Assembly (NCBI GenBank): GCA_964516425.1
Contig: CAZFAM010000003.1
Coordinates: forward strand, 11,215 to 75,214
Direction: 5' to 3'
DNA from: an uncultured Bacteroidales bacterium
GTDB lineage: Bacteria > Bacillota_I > Bacilli_A > ML615J-28 > CAG-698
Length of the DNA stretch: 64,000 nucleotides
The notes under the pieces were generated by a model that saw only the letters and a program-made list of their open reading frames with translations, made no database searches and had not been told where the DNA came from. Positions 28,919 to 38,288 of the stretch are shown piece after piece (position 1 is the first letter of the stretch; each line of letters starts with the position of its first letter). Both the position numbers and the translations under genes were made by a program.

Positions 28919-30991
28919 TTAATACATATACCTAAATGAATCATTATCAGATAAATCCTCACAAAAAGCATATAAGAAATTTTCATATATTTTAACACTA
29001 AAATTAATCCACATTAAATTATGATTCTTTTTAACGACTCTTATATACATATGAAATCCTTTTTTATCGCATATACTTTTATCAACGGCTTTTTTTACTT
29101 TATTAACATCATCACAATAAATATCAGAATTAATATCCGTGTTTAAAATGTTCATTAGTTCTGTTGTTTGAAATCCACGCATTGTAGCATAGCCATCATT
29201 CATATATAATACTTTAATTTTGTTATCCACAATTTCACATTTAATAATGCCACACGGAACATTATTAACAACAGAATTAAGTGATTCCATTAATTCATTA
29301 TTCTTTTGAATCAATAATTGATGTTTAGTAATATTTTCTGTTGCACAATAAAAAATATAACTATCAATTTTTTTTGCTAAAAAGCGAACACGAGCATGAA
29401 CCCATTTTTGTTCATTATGCAACTTAGAGTAAATTGTTATATCTTTTTCTTTTTTTGTAGTAATTGCTTCTTGTAAAACATTTTTAAATTTAATATATTG
29501 TTGTTCACCAATTTTTTCAGTAAACGTTGATAAAGACCATTGTTGTCTAGTTATACCTAAATCTTCATAAAACTGATCATTACTTCGCAATAAATATACT
29601 TTATTACCACGATATTCGATAATTATTGCACCACCCACAAAACTATTAAACAACAATGCTTCTTGCATTCGAACATCAAGGAAATTAACTGAATCATCAA
29701 CGATATTATCTAAATCTTTATGAGAAATATCATTATTACTAATTAACTCATAAAATTCATCAGCGGGCAATGGTTTTGAGAAAAAATACCCTTGCATAAA
29801 CCGACAGCCTACACTTTTCAAAAAGTCAGCTTGTTTCTTTTCTTCAACACCTTCTGCCAAAATATTCAAGTCAATTGAATGAGCCATATGAACGATTGAA
29901 CTTAATATTTGTCCTGATTTACCAACTTCTTTACTTTCTCTTAAAAATGCCATATCTAATTTAATCAAATCAAATGGTAAATCCTTTAGTGATAATAATG
30001 ACGAATAACCGCTACCAAAATCATCCATTTCCACAAAGAAACCTTCATTCTTCAAACTAGTTATGACATCCTTAATTAATTGTGGATTTTCTACATAAGC
30101 TGATTCAGTGATTTCTAAATGGATGTCCTTAGGTTCCAATTCATGTTTTTTTATTAAATTTACAATTGTGGAAACAAGTCTAGTACTATACATATCTCGT
30201 CTTGAAATATTGACTGATATTGCTGGTACATCAATACCACTTTTTTTCCATTCACTTGTGTATTGACATACTTTATCAACCATAAAACTATCTAAATCAT
30301 ATATAAAACCATTTTTTTCAAATACAGGAATAAATAAATTGGGAGATATAACTCCTTTTTTTGGGTGAATCCAACGAACTAAGGCTTCCGCACCAATAAT
30401 TTTTCCAGTTATATAATCAAATTGTGGCTGAAAATATGGGACAAATTGACCATTTTTTAAAGCATTATGCATTTCACTAGATATTTCATTAAACTCATAC
30501 ATTTTTTGTTTCATTTCGTTATCATACCATGCATAATGAAGTTTGTCATCAAGACGAATATTATTAATAACTAAATATGCATAATCAATACACTTCATTA
30601 TTGATATTCCAGGTTCTAACTCACAAAAACTCATATTAAAAGGAATCGTATATCTTGGAGCAACCTGTTTTAATGTTTGTTCGAAATATTCATAAATATT
30701 TACTTCATTTTTTTCTATTTCTTCAAGATGATTCAAAAATACAAAACATCCATCTTCTAAATATCCTGCATAAATAAAACTTGTATTAACCATTTCGTTT
30801 AAGGATGAATATAGTTTTCTTAATAATCTATTAATTATCCTAGTTCCATACATATCTTTTAAAATATCAAAATTATTAAGACTTGCTAAAACAATAGCAA
30901 ATTTTTCTTGCCTTATTTTGATGTATTTCCTAGTTTCCCTGCAAAACTTAGATAAATTAAATAATTTTACTTCATTTGTAGTTGATGCCAT
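28919..30991 (-). CDS. c-di-GMP phosphodiesterase: degenerate GGDEF domain, EAL domain and C-terminal PAS-like domains
   Basis: EALVRW, DDFGSGYSSL, KLD and EGVE..QGY EAL motifs. The GGDEF position reads LEDGCF. The C-terminal ~250 aa are PAS-like. Confidence 0.85.
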   Translation of the reverse strand: MASTTNEVKLFNLSKFCRETRKYIKIRQEKFAIVLASLNNFDILKDMYGTRIINRLLRKLYSSLNEMVNTSFIYAGYLEDGCFVFLNHLEEIEKNEVNIYEYFEQTLKQVAPRYTIPFNMSFCELEPGISIMKCIDYAYLVINNIRLDDKLHYAWYDNEMKQKMYEFNEISSEMHNALKNGQFVPYFQPQFDYITGKIIGAEALVRWIHPKKGVISPNLFIPVFEKNGFIYDLDSFMVDKVCQYTSEWKKSGIDVPAISVNISRRDMYSTRLVSTIVNLIKKHELEPKDIHLEITESAYVENPQLIKDVITSLKNEGFFVEMDDFGSGYSSLLSLKDLPFDLIKLDMAFLRESKEVGKSGQILSSIVHMAHSIDLNILAEGVEEKKQADFLKSVGCRFMQGYFFSKPLPADEFYELISNNDISHKDLDNIVDDSVNFLDVRMQEALLFNSFVGGAIIIEYRGNKVYLLRSNDQFYEDLGITRQQWSLSTFTEKIGEQQYIKFKNVLQEAITTKKEKDITIYSKLHNEQKWVHARVRFLAKKIDSYIFYCATENITKHQLLIQKNNELMESLNSVVNNVPCGIIKCEIVDNKIKVLYMNDGYATMRGFQTTELMNILNTDINSDIYCDDVNKVKKAVDKSICDKKGFHMYIRVVKKNHNLMWINFSVKIYENFLYAFCEDLSDNDSFRYMY

Positions 30992-31054
30992 AATTTTTCC
31001 TACTAATATTATTTTATCATACTATTTTTCATATTTCAACAAAATTAATATTAA

Positions 31055-31082
31055 ATAAAAAAACTTAGAACAAAGTCTAAGT
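31055..31082 (-). terminator. terminator after the nudF-membrane gene pair
   Basis: 7-bp stem ACUUAGA/UCUAAGU plus UUUUUU, immediately 3' of the stop at 31084. Confidence 0.55.
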
Positions 31083-31083
31083 C

Positions 31084-31800
31084 TTAATCATCTTTTTTTA
31101 GAATAAATGGCAAATGATATAAGGTAAAGAAAATTATGGTTAGTGAAAGCAAATGTATAAAATATATTATCCATCCATGATTTAAGTTTAGAATTGGTAA
31201 ATTATCCAATGGTGGACGAGATAAAAACATAAAATTAACACCTTTATCACTCATCATAGAATTAATCCATAACACTAATAACACAATACTAAATAATATT
31301 TCAAAATTATTGATATATGTTTTAAAAGATATTTTAATTACTTTATTCATCGTTAAATATAATGAAAAATATATAATATATCCATGATATAAAAAGTATT
31401 GATATACTTGTGGAATGGTAAACGATGTTCCAACGGTTGGAATTAGACATGCAAAAATACCACCCAAAAACATTGTTGGAGCTAAAAAACATAAAATTAT
31501 ATTCTTTACTTGTTCATTTTTAATAAAAAACTTAAGAGCAAATATAAAGAAGATATGTATTGAGCATAAATGAAAAGGCAAATTTGTTGCATTCAAATAT
31601 GTTCCCAAATACTCATTATCATCTCCATAAACATCTTCCATATTTGAAAAAATTTTAATTAATTCTGAGATTATTAATACTATAATTAATATATTTAAAT
31701 TTTGATTATATGTTAATTGTTTTTTATTGTTAATAAATAGCATTATTATGACAAGCATAATAACAATAAATAACCATATAAAATGATTAAGTGAAAACAT
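31084..31800 (-). CDS. integral membrane protein, YwaF/TIGR02206-like
   Basis: MFSLNHFIWLFIV N-terminus typical of this family. Seven predicted TM helices. TAATG overlap with nudF. Confidence 0.6.
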   Translation of the reverse strand: MFSLNHFIWLFIVIMLVIIMLFINNKKQLTYNQNLNILIIVLIISELIKIFSNMEDVYGDDNEYLGTYLNATNLPFHLCSIHIFFIFALKFFIKNEQVKNIILCFLAPTMFLGGIFACLIPTVGTSFTIPQVYQYFLYHGYIIYFSLYLTMNKVIKISFKTYINNFEILFSIVLLVLWINSMMSDKGVNFMFLSRPPLDNLPILNLNHGWIIYFIHLLSLTIIFFTLYHLPFILKKDD

Positions 31801-32330
31801 TATTCATTCCTTAACATATAGTGTTGCAAAGCACATATAGTTTTAGCATCTTTAATTTTTCCATCTTTAACCATTTTTTTAATTTCATCTAATGATATGA
31901 ATGAATAATTTAATGATTCATTTTCATCTAAAGATTGTTGCGTCTTAATTAAATTAGAAGCATAATATAAATGTATAACTTCATCAGTATAAGCTACACT
32001 TGGGTACATTGCACCTAAATATTGTATATTTTCAGCATGATACCCTATTTCTTCTTCTAATTCCCTTATTGCTGCATCTTGTAAATTTTCTCCTTGATCA
32101 ACTTTGCCTGCTGGAAATTCAATAATAATTTCATCATACGGATAGCGATATTGTTCTTCAATGGCGAATTTACCATTCAATTCTGCAATTATACATACTG
32201 CTGCGCAATGTCTAATTACTTCGCGATAAGATTCATGTCCATTTGGACATAATACTTTGTCTTTATATACATCTAGTATTTTTCCTTTATAAATACTTGT
32301 TGAATTAATTTTCTTTTCTTTTAATTCCAT
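31800..32330 (-). CDS. nudF: NUDIX hydrolase, ADP-ribose pyrophosphatase type
   Basis: Nudix box GKVDQGENLQDAAIRELEEEIGY. The size and N-terminal beta domain are typical of NudF/YqkG. Confidence 0.8.
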   Translation of the reverse strand: MELKEKKINSTSIYKGKILDVYKDKVLCPNGHESYREVIRHCAAVCIIAELNGKFAIEEQYRYPYDEIIIEFPAGKVDQGENLQDAAIRELEEEIGYHAENIQYLGAMYPSVAYTDEVIHLYYASNLIKTQQSLDENESLNYSFISLDEIKKMVKDGKIKDAKTICALQHYMLRNE

Positions 32331-32344
32331 GCTTTTTCCTTTTC

Positions 32345-32378
32345 TTTTATAAAAGAGTTTCCTAAAAAGGAAACTCTT
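32345..32378 (-). terminator. terminator after the alcohol dehydrogenase gene
   Basis: Perfect 10-bp stem AAGAGUUUCC/GGAAACUCUU plus a U-rich tail. Confidence 0.7.
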
Positions 32379-32387
32379 AATTTAATA

Positions 32388-33605
32388 TTAAAAATCTACT
32401 TCAGTATCATAGTAACAACATTTTAGAAGTTTTTCCATTTCTTCTTGCGTAGGGATTCTTGGGTTAGAACCAGTACATGCATCACCAATTGCATTTTTAG
32501 CAATTTCAGGCAATCTTTCTAAGAAGACATTTTCAGGAACAAATCCTTCTTCTGTTGGATAACTATCAGCACCATAATGTTTAATACATTGTGGAATATT
32601 TAATTCATCATTCATCTTTCTTAATGCTTTAATTAATAATTGAACTTTTTCTTCATTTGTATTTCCACCTAAGTTCATATAATCAGCAATTTCGCCATAA
32701 CGTTTTAATGCTTCAGGATTTTTAGCATTGAAAGCAATAACTTTAGGTAAATACATTGCATTTGCGGCACCATGAATAATATGAGAACCAAAATCAGCAA
32801 ATGCAGCTCCTGTTTTATGAGCCATTGAGTGTACGATACCCAATAAAGCATTTGAGAATGCCATACCAGCTAAACATTGCGCATCATGCATTTCATCACG
32901 TGCTGGCATATCACCATTGTATGAATTTATTAAATCTTTTTGGATCATTTTGATTGCAAAAATTGCTAATGGATCAGAATATGCACAATGAGCAGTTGAT
33001 ACATATGCTTCAACAGCATGTGTCATAGCATCCATTCCTGTATGAGCAACTAATTTCTTTGGCATTGTTTCAGCTAATTCAGGATCAACAATAGCAACAT
33101 CAGGTGTAATTTCAAAATCAGCAATTGGATATTTAATTCCCTTCTTATAATCAGTAATAATAGAGAAGGCTGTTACTTCTGTAGCAGTTCCTGAAGTTGA
33201 TGAAACAGCACAGAAATGTGCTTTAGTTCTTAATTTTGGTAAACCAAATACTTTGCACATATCTTCAAATGTTACTTCTGGATATTCATATTTAATCCAC
33301 ATTGCTTTAGCTGCATCAATTGGTGAACCACCGCCAATAGCAATAATCCAATCAGGTTGGAATTCAAGCATTTTTTGAGCACCATTCATTACAGTTTCAA
33401 CAGATGGATCTGGTTCAATTCCTTCAATAAATGCGACTTCCATTCCAGCTTCTTTTAGATATTGTTCTGCACGATCAAGGAAACCAAATTTTTTCATGCT
33501 TCCTCCACCAACACAAATTATTGCTCTTTTGCCTTGTAAAGTTTTAAGAGCTTCTAAAGATCCTTTTCCATGATAAAGATCACGTGGTAAAGTAAATCTA
33601 TACAT
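32388..33605 (-). CDS. iron-containing (group III) alcohol dehydrogenase
   Basis: GGGS..D motif (AIGGGSPIDAAKA) and His cluster HTGMDAMTHAVEAY...HSMAHK. Start set at the second ATG, 9 nt from GGAGG. Confidence 0.9.
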   Translation of the reverse strand: MYRFTLPRDLYHGKGSLEALKTLQGKRAIICVGGGSMKKFGFLDRAEQYLKEAGMEVAFIEGIEPDPSVETVMNGAQKMLEFQPDWIIAIGGGSPIDAAKAMWIKYEYPEVTFEDMCKVFGLPKLRTKAHFCAVSSTSGTATEVTAFSIITDYKKGIKYPIADFEITPDVAIVDPELAETMPKKLVAHTGMDAMTHAVEAYVSTAHCAYSDPLAIFAIKMIQKDLINSYNGDMPARDEMHDAQCLAGMAFSNALLGIVHSMAHKTGAAFADFGSHIIHGAANAMYLPKVIAFNAKNPEALKRYGEIADYMNLGGNTNEEKVQLLIKALRKMNDELNIPQCIKHYGADSYPTEEGFVPENVFLERLPEIAKNAIGDACTGSNPRIPTQEEMEKLLKCCYYDTEVDF

Positions 33606-33625
33606 AATCATATTCCTCCTTTAGA

Positions 33626-33666
33626 TTGTATATAATTATTATACAAAAAGAGTCAAAAAAAGTCAA
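33626..33666 (-). promoter_or_regulatory. sigma-A type promoter of the adh gene, overlapped by a 7-7-7 inverted repeat
   Basis: On the minus strand, TTGACT (33666-33661), 17 nt, TATAAT (33643-33638). The inverted repeat TTGTATA-N7-TATACAA (33626-33646) covers the -10 element and the start site. Confidence 0.45.
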
Positions 33667-33957
33667 TTTTACATGCTATACAATTTATAAAATGGATAAT
33701 ATCAAAATTGATATATTAGTTTAATAATGAAACATTAAAATTTTAGTTTGAATTTAAATCAAAAAATAAAACTATCACCCAATAATTTATATTAATTAAG
33801 TTCAATTTATGTAAACACACGAACTATAAAATTAATTAAAATAAACTATTAATAAAAAATATACTTTATAAAAATTTCCTATTAAAAAAAATTTTTAAAT
33901 TTTTATTTATTTTTTTATTAAGTTATGATATTATACTATGTAAATGGAGGGTTTTTA

Positions 33958-34236
33958 ATGTCAAAAAAATCAACAAATAATTTATTAGGATTATTATCTT
34001 TTGTTGCTGTTATTCTTGCAGCAGTTGTTGGAGTAATTAATTTATTTAATAATTTATTTAATACTTCAATTCCAACAGGAATAATTAATATAATAAGCAC
34101 TATATTTTTATATGTAGTTGTCTTATGGTGTGGTTGGACTTATGCATGTAGATGCAAAAAATTCTGGAGAATTACATATTTAGTACTAGTAATTTTAGTT
34201 ATTGTTGGATTTGTATTTGGTTATAAATGGTTGTAA
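33958..34236 (+). CDS. small membrane protein (three predicted TM helices), unknown function
   Basis: Start at MSKKSTNN with a GGAGGG RBS 6 nt upstream. Followed by a bidirectional terminator. Confidence 0.55.
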   Translation: MSKKSTNNLLGLLSFVAVILAAVVGVINLFNNLFNTSIPTGIINIISTIFLYVVVLWCGWTYACRCKKFWRITYLVLVILVIVGFVFGYKWL

Positions 34237-34240
34237 AACT

Positions 34241-34280
34241 AAAAAACGATTTAAATCATTATGATTTGAATCGTTTTTTT
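34241..34280. terminator. bidirectional terminator between convergent genes
   Basis: AAAAAACGATTTAAATCAT/ATGATTTGAATCGTTTTTTT. Confidence 0.75.
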
Positions 34281-34353
34281 ATTCTTTATTATAATAATTA
34301 TAAATCTTGGTAATTATTATAATAATTTATATTAATTCATTTTTTAATCTTTA

Positions 34354-36420
34354 TTAAGACAATATATTATTTATGGAATTATTAATTTTATAATTAATGC
34401 CATTTAAAAATGTGTATAAATCATAATTTAATGAATCAACATGATATACTTCATTTGTTTTTTCATTATTTAAATCATACTCGATTCTAATTACCAAATT
34501 ATCTAAAGTATATCCATCAAAATTTTCAATTACTAAAGAATTATTTTGTTTCATCCGTTTAAAATTATTTCCACCATCAAGAGAAACCAGCAAATTACCA
34601 ACAATTGATTGATCAACATCATTAACAGAAACAGAAATTTTATAATTACTATTTTCATCTATTTTAACTGTCACACGATTTATAGATGGTGGTAGTTTGA
34701 GTGTTTGAAGAGTTTTCTTTGAAAAACATTCAACATAATTTTCTTTTGAAGCAATTTTAAAAGATAAACTAACAGTATAAATAGTATTAGATGACAATCC
34801 TTCAAAATGAAGAGCTTCAGTTAAATCTTTCGTTTCTGAATATTTTTCTCCGCTGACTGTTAATCCTGATACTGTAACAAATGTTTTTTCTATATTCGAA
34901 AAAATTCCAAAATCAGTAATATTAATACCTAAATCAACACTTGAATCAGTTATATTAGTTATACTTAAATCATAATCTACATCTCTAATTACAAAAAACA
35001 AACCACTAAAAATCGATCTTTGATTACCATCAGCCGGTTTAGTAACAAAATCAAAACCACCATTATCATTACGAACGACCATTGACACCGATCCTCCGCC
35101 ATCCATTTGAAAAGCTGTAGTAATATTATACTTCTTACATAAAGCATTTATTTCTTCTCCATATAATCCCCATCTATTGCCACTATTACTTCCATTTGAA
35201 GCCATTAAGTAAATTGTGCCATCAGATGTTACGCCAAAAAATGAACGCGGATAAGGTCTAGAATTATAAGAATTACTTACATTTTGGTCTATACCATTAT
35301 ATCTTTGTAATGTATGCCATCCAATACCAGATTCACATTGCTCTATTTCATCATCCATTTCATATTGAGCAACAACGTTATAACCTTTTTTTAATACTTC
35401 TAATAATTCAGGATTAGTAGTCTCAATAGCAAACTGTCCCGATTTTAATGAAACACTTTTGTTAATGCTTGATATTACACCATTACCAAAAAAAGCATCA
35501 GTTGCCATATTTCCTTTATAAGTCCAATATTTAGAATTTGAAACATATGCTCTTTCAGCGTCTTCTACAATATATAAATCATTTTCAGAAGAAATTGGAT
35601 ATTCATTTAATAATTTTGTTAAGGTTGGATTTTCATTTATTCCAGCAGGGCTTTTAAATGCATTTTCTGATTCGAAATAATGCGCTGCATAAATAGAATA
35701 TAAATATGTATACTCACCTTCTATATTCTTTTTACTTTGAATAGGATTTAATTCATCAATATCAAATTTTTTTATAAAATTATTGTTTTCATCATATACA
35801 TTTAATTTAAATCCTAATAATGAGCGTGAACCATATACTAATTGATTACTTGTTCCATTATTTAAAAATCCAGTAATATTGCACCCAACACGTCCCATAT
35901 TATCTATTGAAAACCAATCCTCACCATCTGCAATCATTGCATAATATGGTGAATTATAAAATACATCCGAACCATTTGATGTCATATCTACACCAAAATA
36001 TTGGAAATATTGGTCTGCATTTATACCACCTAACACTTTCCAACCTGGATGATTTTTTTCATAATCTTCCGCTATTTTATCTAATGTAGCTCTTGAAAAA
36101 GCGGTAGTTGTTGAAGAGACAGTATTTTGAATCGCCCAAGTTACCGTTTTTAATCCGTTAGAACTATCACTTTTTTGTGATAACATAAAAACTTCTTGAT
36201 TATAATCTTTATTATCACTACGAGTAGTATATCCAAAATCCCGTGTATAATAAGTACCAGTAGCAATTTCTTTATTTTCTACTACATTACTTGTATAATT
36301 ATACTTTCCATCATCTGTATACACAGTATCACTTGTTGTTGCAGCATTTAAAAATGCATTAAAGCAAAAAGTAAATAAAAATATTAATATTAAAAATATT
36401 GTGACTTTTCTTATTTTCAT
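34354..36420 (-). CDS. secreted phosphodiester glycosidase family protein (NAGPA/DUF2233-like), divergent paralog 3
   Basis: Signal peptide present. Motifs INADQYF, PRSFFGVTSDGTIYLMASNG and QMDGGGSVS. C-terminal FN3/Ig-like repeats. Confidence 0.7.
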   Translation of the reverse strand: MKIRKVTIFLILIFLFTFCFNAFLNAATTSDTVYTDDGKYNYTSNVVENKEIATGTYYTRDFGYTTRSDNKDYNQEVFMLSQKSDSSNGLKTVTWAIQNTVSSTTTAFSRATLDKIAEDYEKNHPGWKVLGGINADQYFQYFGVDMTSNGSDVFYNSPYYAMIADGEDWFSIDNMGRVGCNITGFLNNGTSNQLVYGSRSLLGFKLNVYDENNNFIKKFDIDELNPIQSKKNIEGEYTYLYSIYAAHYFESENAFKSPAGINENPTLTKLLNEYPISSENDLYIVEDAERAYVSNSKYWTYKGNMATDAFFGNGVISSINKSVSLKSGQFAIETTNPELLEVLKKGYNVVAQYEMDDEIEQCESGIGWHTLQRYNGIDQNVSNSYNSRPYPRSFFGVTSDGTIYLMASNGSNSGNRWGLYGEEINALCKKYNITTAFQMDGGGSVSMVVRNDNGGFDFVTKPADGNQRSIFSGLFFVIRDVDYDLSITNITDSSVDLGINITDFGIFSNIEKTFVTVSGLTVSGEKYSETKDLTEALHFEGLSSNTIYTVSLSFKIASKENYVECFSKKTLQTLKLPPSINRVTVKIDENSNYKISVSVNDVDQSIVGNLLVSLDGGNNFKRMKQNNSLVIENFDGYTLDNLVIRIEYDLNNEKTNEVYHVDSLNYDLYTFLNGINYKINNSINNILS

Positions 36421-36544
36421 TTCATAACCCTTTCAACATACCTAAATTTTATCATATTTCTTTTTGCAATTCAATAATTATTATAAAATCGTTTCCCGCT
36501 TTTTTTAATACTATAAGTACTTTTATATAAATCATATTTTATAT

Positions 36545-36580
36545 ACAAAAAAAGAGTTTATCAATAAGAAAAACTCTTTT
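36545..36580 (-). terminator. terminator about 120 nt downstream of pdaA
   Basis: Stem AAAGAGUUU/AAACUCUUU followed by a U7 run. Confidence 0.6.
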
Positions 36581-36701
36581 ATTTTTGTCAAAATATCTTA
36601 TAATTGTAAAGTTTATAACAATTCTTAATTATAAACCCTCATAAGAAAATTTAATAAAATACTATAATTATATTACTTTATTAAACTACACGCAAATTAA
36701 A

Positions 36702-37448
36702 TCATTTCAAAATATTTTGAATTGGCTTTATTGTATATCCATCTTCATATATTTTATCAATTATTATTGGTAATGCTTTAACATTGTCACTAGAAACAGT
36801 ATGTAATAAAATAACAGCTCCATTATGCAAATTATTTATCACTGAATTAACACTGTTTTCAACACCACTTTGTTCATTTGTTTTCCAATCAACATAAGCA
36901 ACTGACCACAATATTGTGCTATATCCCAATTCCTTAATAATTGTTAAACTTTCATTATTAAAACATCCAGCAGGAGGCCTAAAAAAGCGATCCATTTCCT
37001 TACCTGTCAAAGAAAAATATTTATTTTCAACTTTTTCTACTTCTTCTTTAATTTCATCACTAGCTAGTGTTGTTATATTTTTGTGACTCCATGTATGATT
37101 ACCAACTGTTTGTCCGCGTAGTGATAATTCAATTGTTAATTCAGGAAAGCGAGTGACAAAATCACCAGTTATAAAAAAGGTAGCATTAACATTTTTTTCA
37201 TCTAATACATCTAATATTTTTGTCAAATTACCATTATCATATCCAGCATCAAATGTTAAGTAAACAACTTTATCATCTTCATCACCCACATAATAGGTAT
37301 TTGTGTTTTCAATCATTTTAGAATATGATCCAATTTCTGGCTGTAAATGTTGATTATTCTTTTTAAATCCCCATCCATAACTTTTAGCACTTAATGTTGG
37401 AATAGTAATAAAAATAAATAATGAAATAATGATGAGAATTTTTTTCAT
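36702..37448 (-). CDS. pdaA: polysaccharide deacetylase, PdaA-type (delta-lactam biosynthetic de-N-acetylase)
   Basis: YLTFDAGYDNG, ATFFITGDF and HTWSH NodB motifs. Signal peptide present. Confidence 0.8.
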   Translation of the reverse strand: MKKILIIISLFIFITIPTLSAKSYGWGFKKNNQHLQPEIGSYSKMIENTNTYYVGDEDDKVVYLTFDAGYDNGNLTKILDVLDEKNVNATFFITGDFVTRFPELTIELSLRGQTVGNHTWSHKNITTLASDEIKEEVEKVENKYFSLTGKEMDRFFRPPAGCFNNESLTIIKELGYSTILWSVAYVDWKTNEQSGVENSVNSVINNLHNGAVILLHTVSSDNVKALPIIIDKIYEDGYTIKPIQNILK

Positions 37449-37468
37449 TTTTAACTCCTTCTCTTATA

Positions 37469-38260
37469 TTATTTCCCATTATTCCTATTTTGTTCATTCC
37501 TCTTTTTGTTAATAATAATACCAATTATTAATATAAAATTCACAATATAAATATAAAAGAAAAAAGTAGACATAAATGAAATGATTCCGAAATTAATATT
37601 TATTTTTTGATAAATATCAATTATTAAAACATATATAACAGAAGAAAAAAATACAAAAATAGTTGCCAAAAATGATCCAAACCATACTTTTTTTATATTC
37701 ATTAATACTGGTGGGCAATATAAATATAATAACACTATTATAGACAATAATATAAGAAAAGCAAAAATTAAAAATAAAAATATTAATAAAGAATAATTAA
37801 TCTTTATTCTATCACTTAAAAATCTAAATACTCCTAAAATAAATAATGTTTCCATTATAAATATACTTATTAATAATAAAAACATTAAAAATGAAGTAAA
37901 TCTTATTAATACAAAATTTCTTTTTTTCACTTCATCATAAATCATATCACAAGCTTTATTAAATCCAGTCAATATTTTTGATGAAGACCATATCAAATTA
38001 AGAAAAATAAATGGAGTAAAACTATTCAATGACAAAACATCAATAATATCATTATCTGTTACAAAACTATTATTTAAATAATTATTTATCCATTGAATTA
38101 AAACATTATGTTCCAATGTACTAAAATAATTATAAAACTGTATAACAAGTGTTAATAAAGATAATAATGCAACAATTGCATAAAATGAAGTTGATGCAGC
38201 AATAATTGATATTTCATACTTATCAATTATATCAATAATTTTCATAATAATTTTTTTCAT
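37469..38260 (-). CDS. YihY/BrkB (virulence factor BrkB) family membrane protein
   Basis: IIAASTSFYAIVALLSLLTL N-terminal pattern. Six TM helices. Confidence 0.7.
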   Translation of the reverse strand: MKKIIMKIIDIIDKYEISIIAASTSFYAIVALLSLLTLVIQFYNYFSTLEHNVLIQWINNYLNNSFVTDNDIIDVLSLNSFTPFIFLNLIWSSSKILTGFNKACDMIYDEVKKRNFVLIRFTSFLMFLLLISIFIMETLFILGVFRFLSDRIKINYSLLIFLFLIFAFLILLSIIVLLYLYCPPVLMNIKKVWFGSFLATIFVFFSSVIYVLIIDIYQKININFGIISFMSTFFFYIYIVNFILIIGIIINKKRNEQNRNNGK

Positions 38261-38288
38261 ATTATTATTATGAATAAATTTCTAAATT

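Noticed and set aside
36581-36701. 120-nt untranslated stretch between the pdaA stop and its terminator as a hidden small gene.
   Set aside because: Minus-strand reading frames give only peptides of 5 codons or fewer after any ATG, and there is no RBS. It is most likely a 3' UTR.
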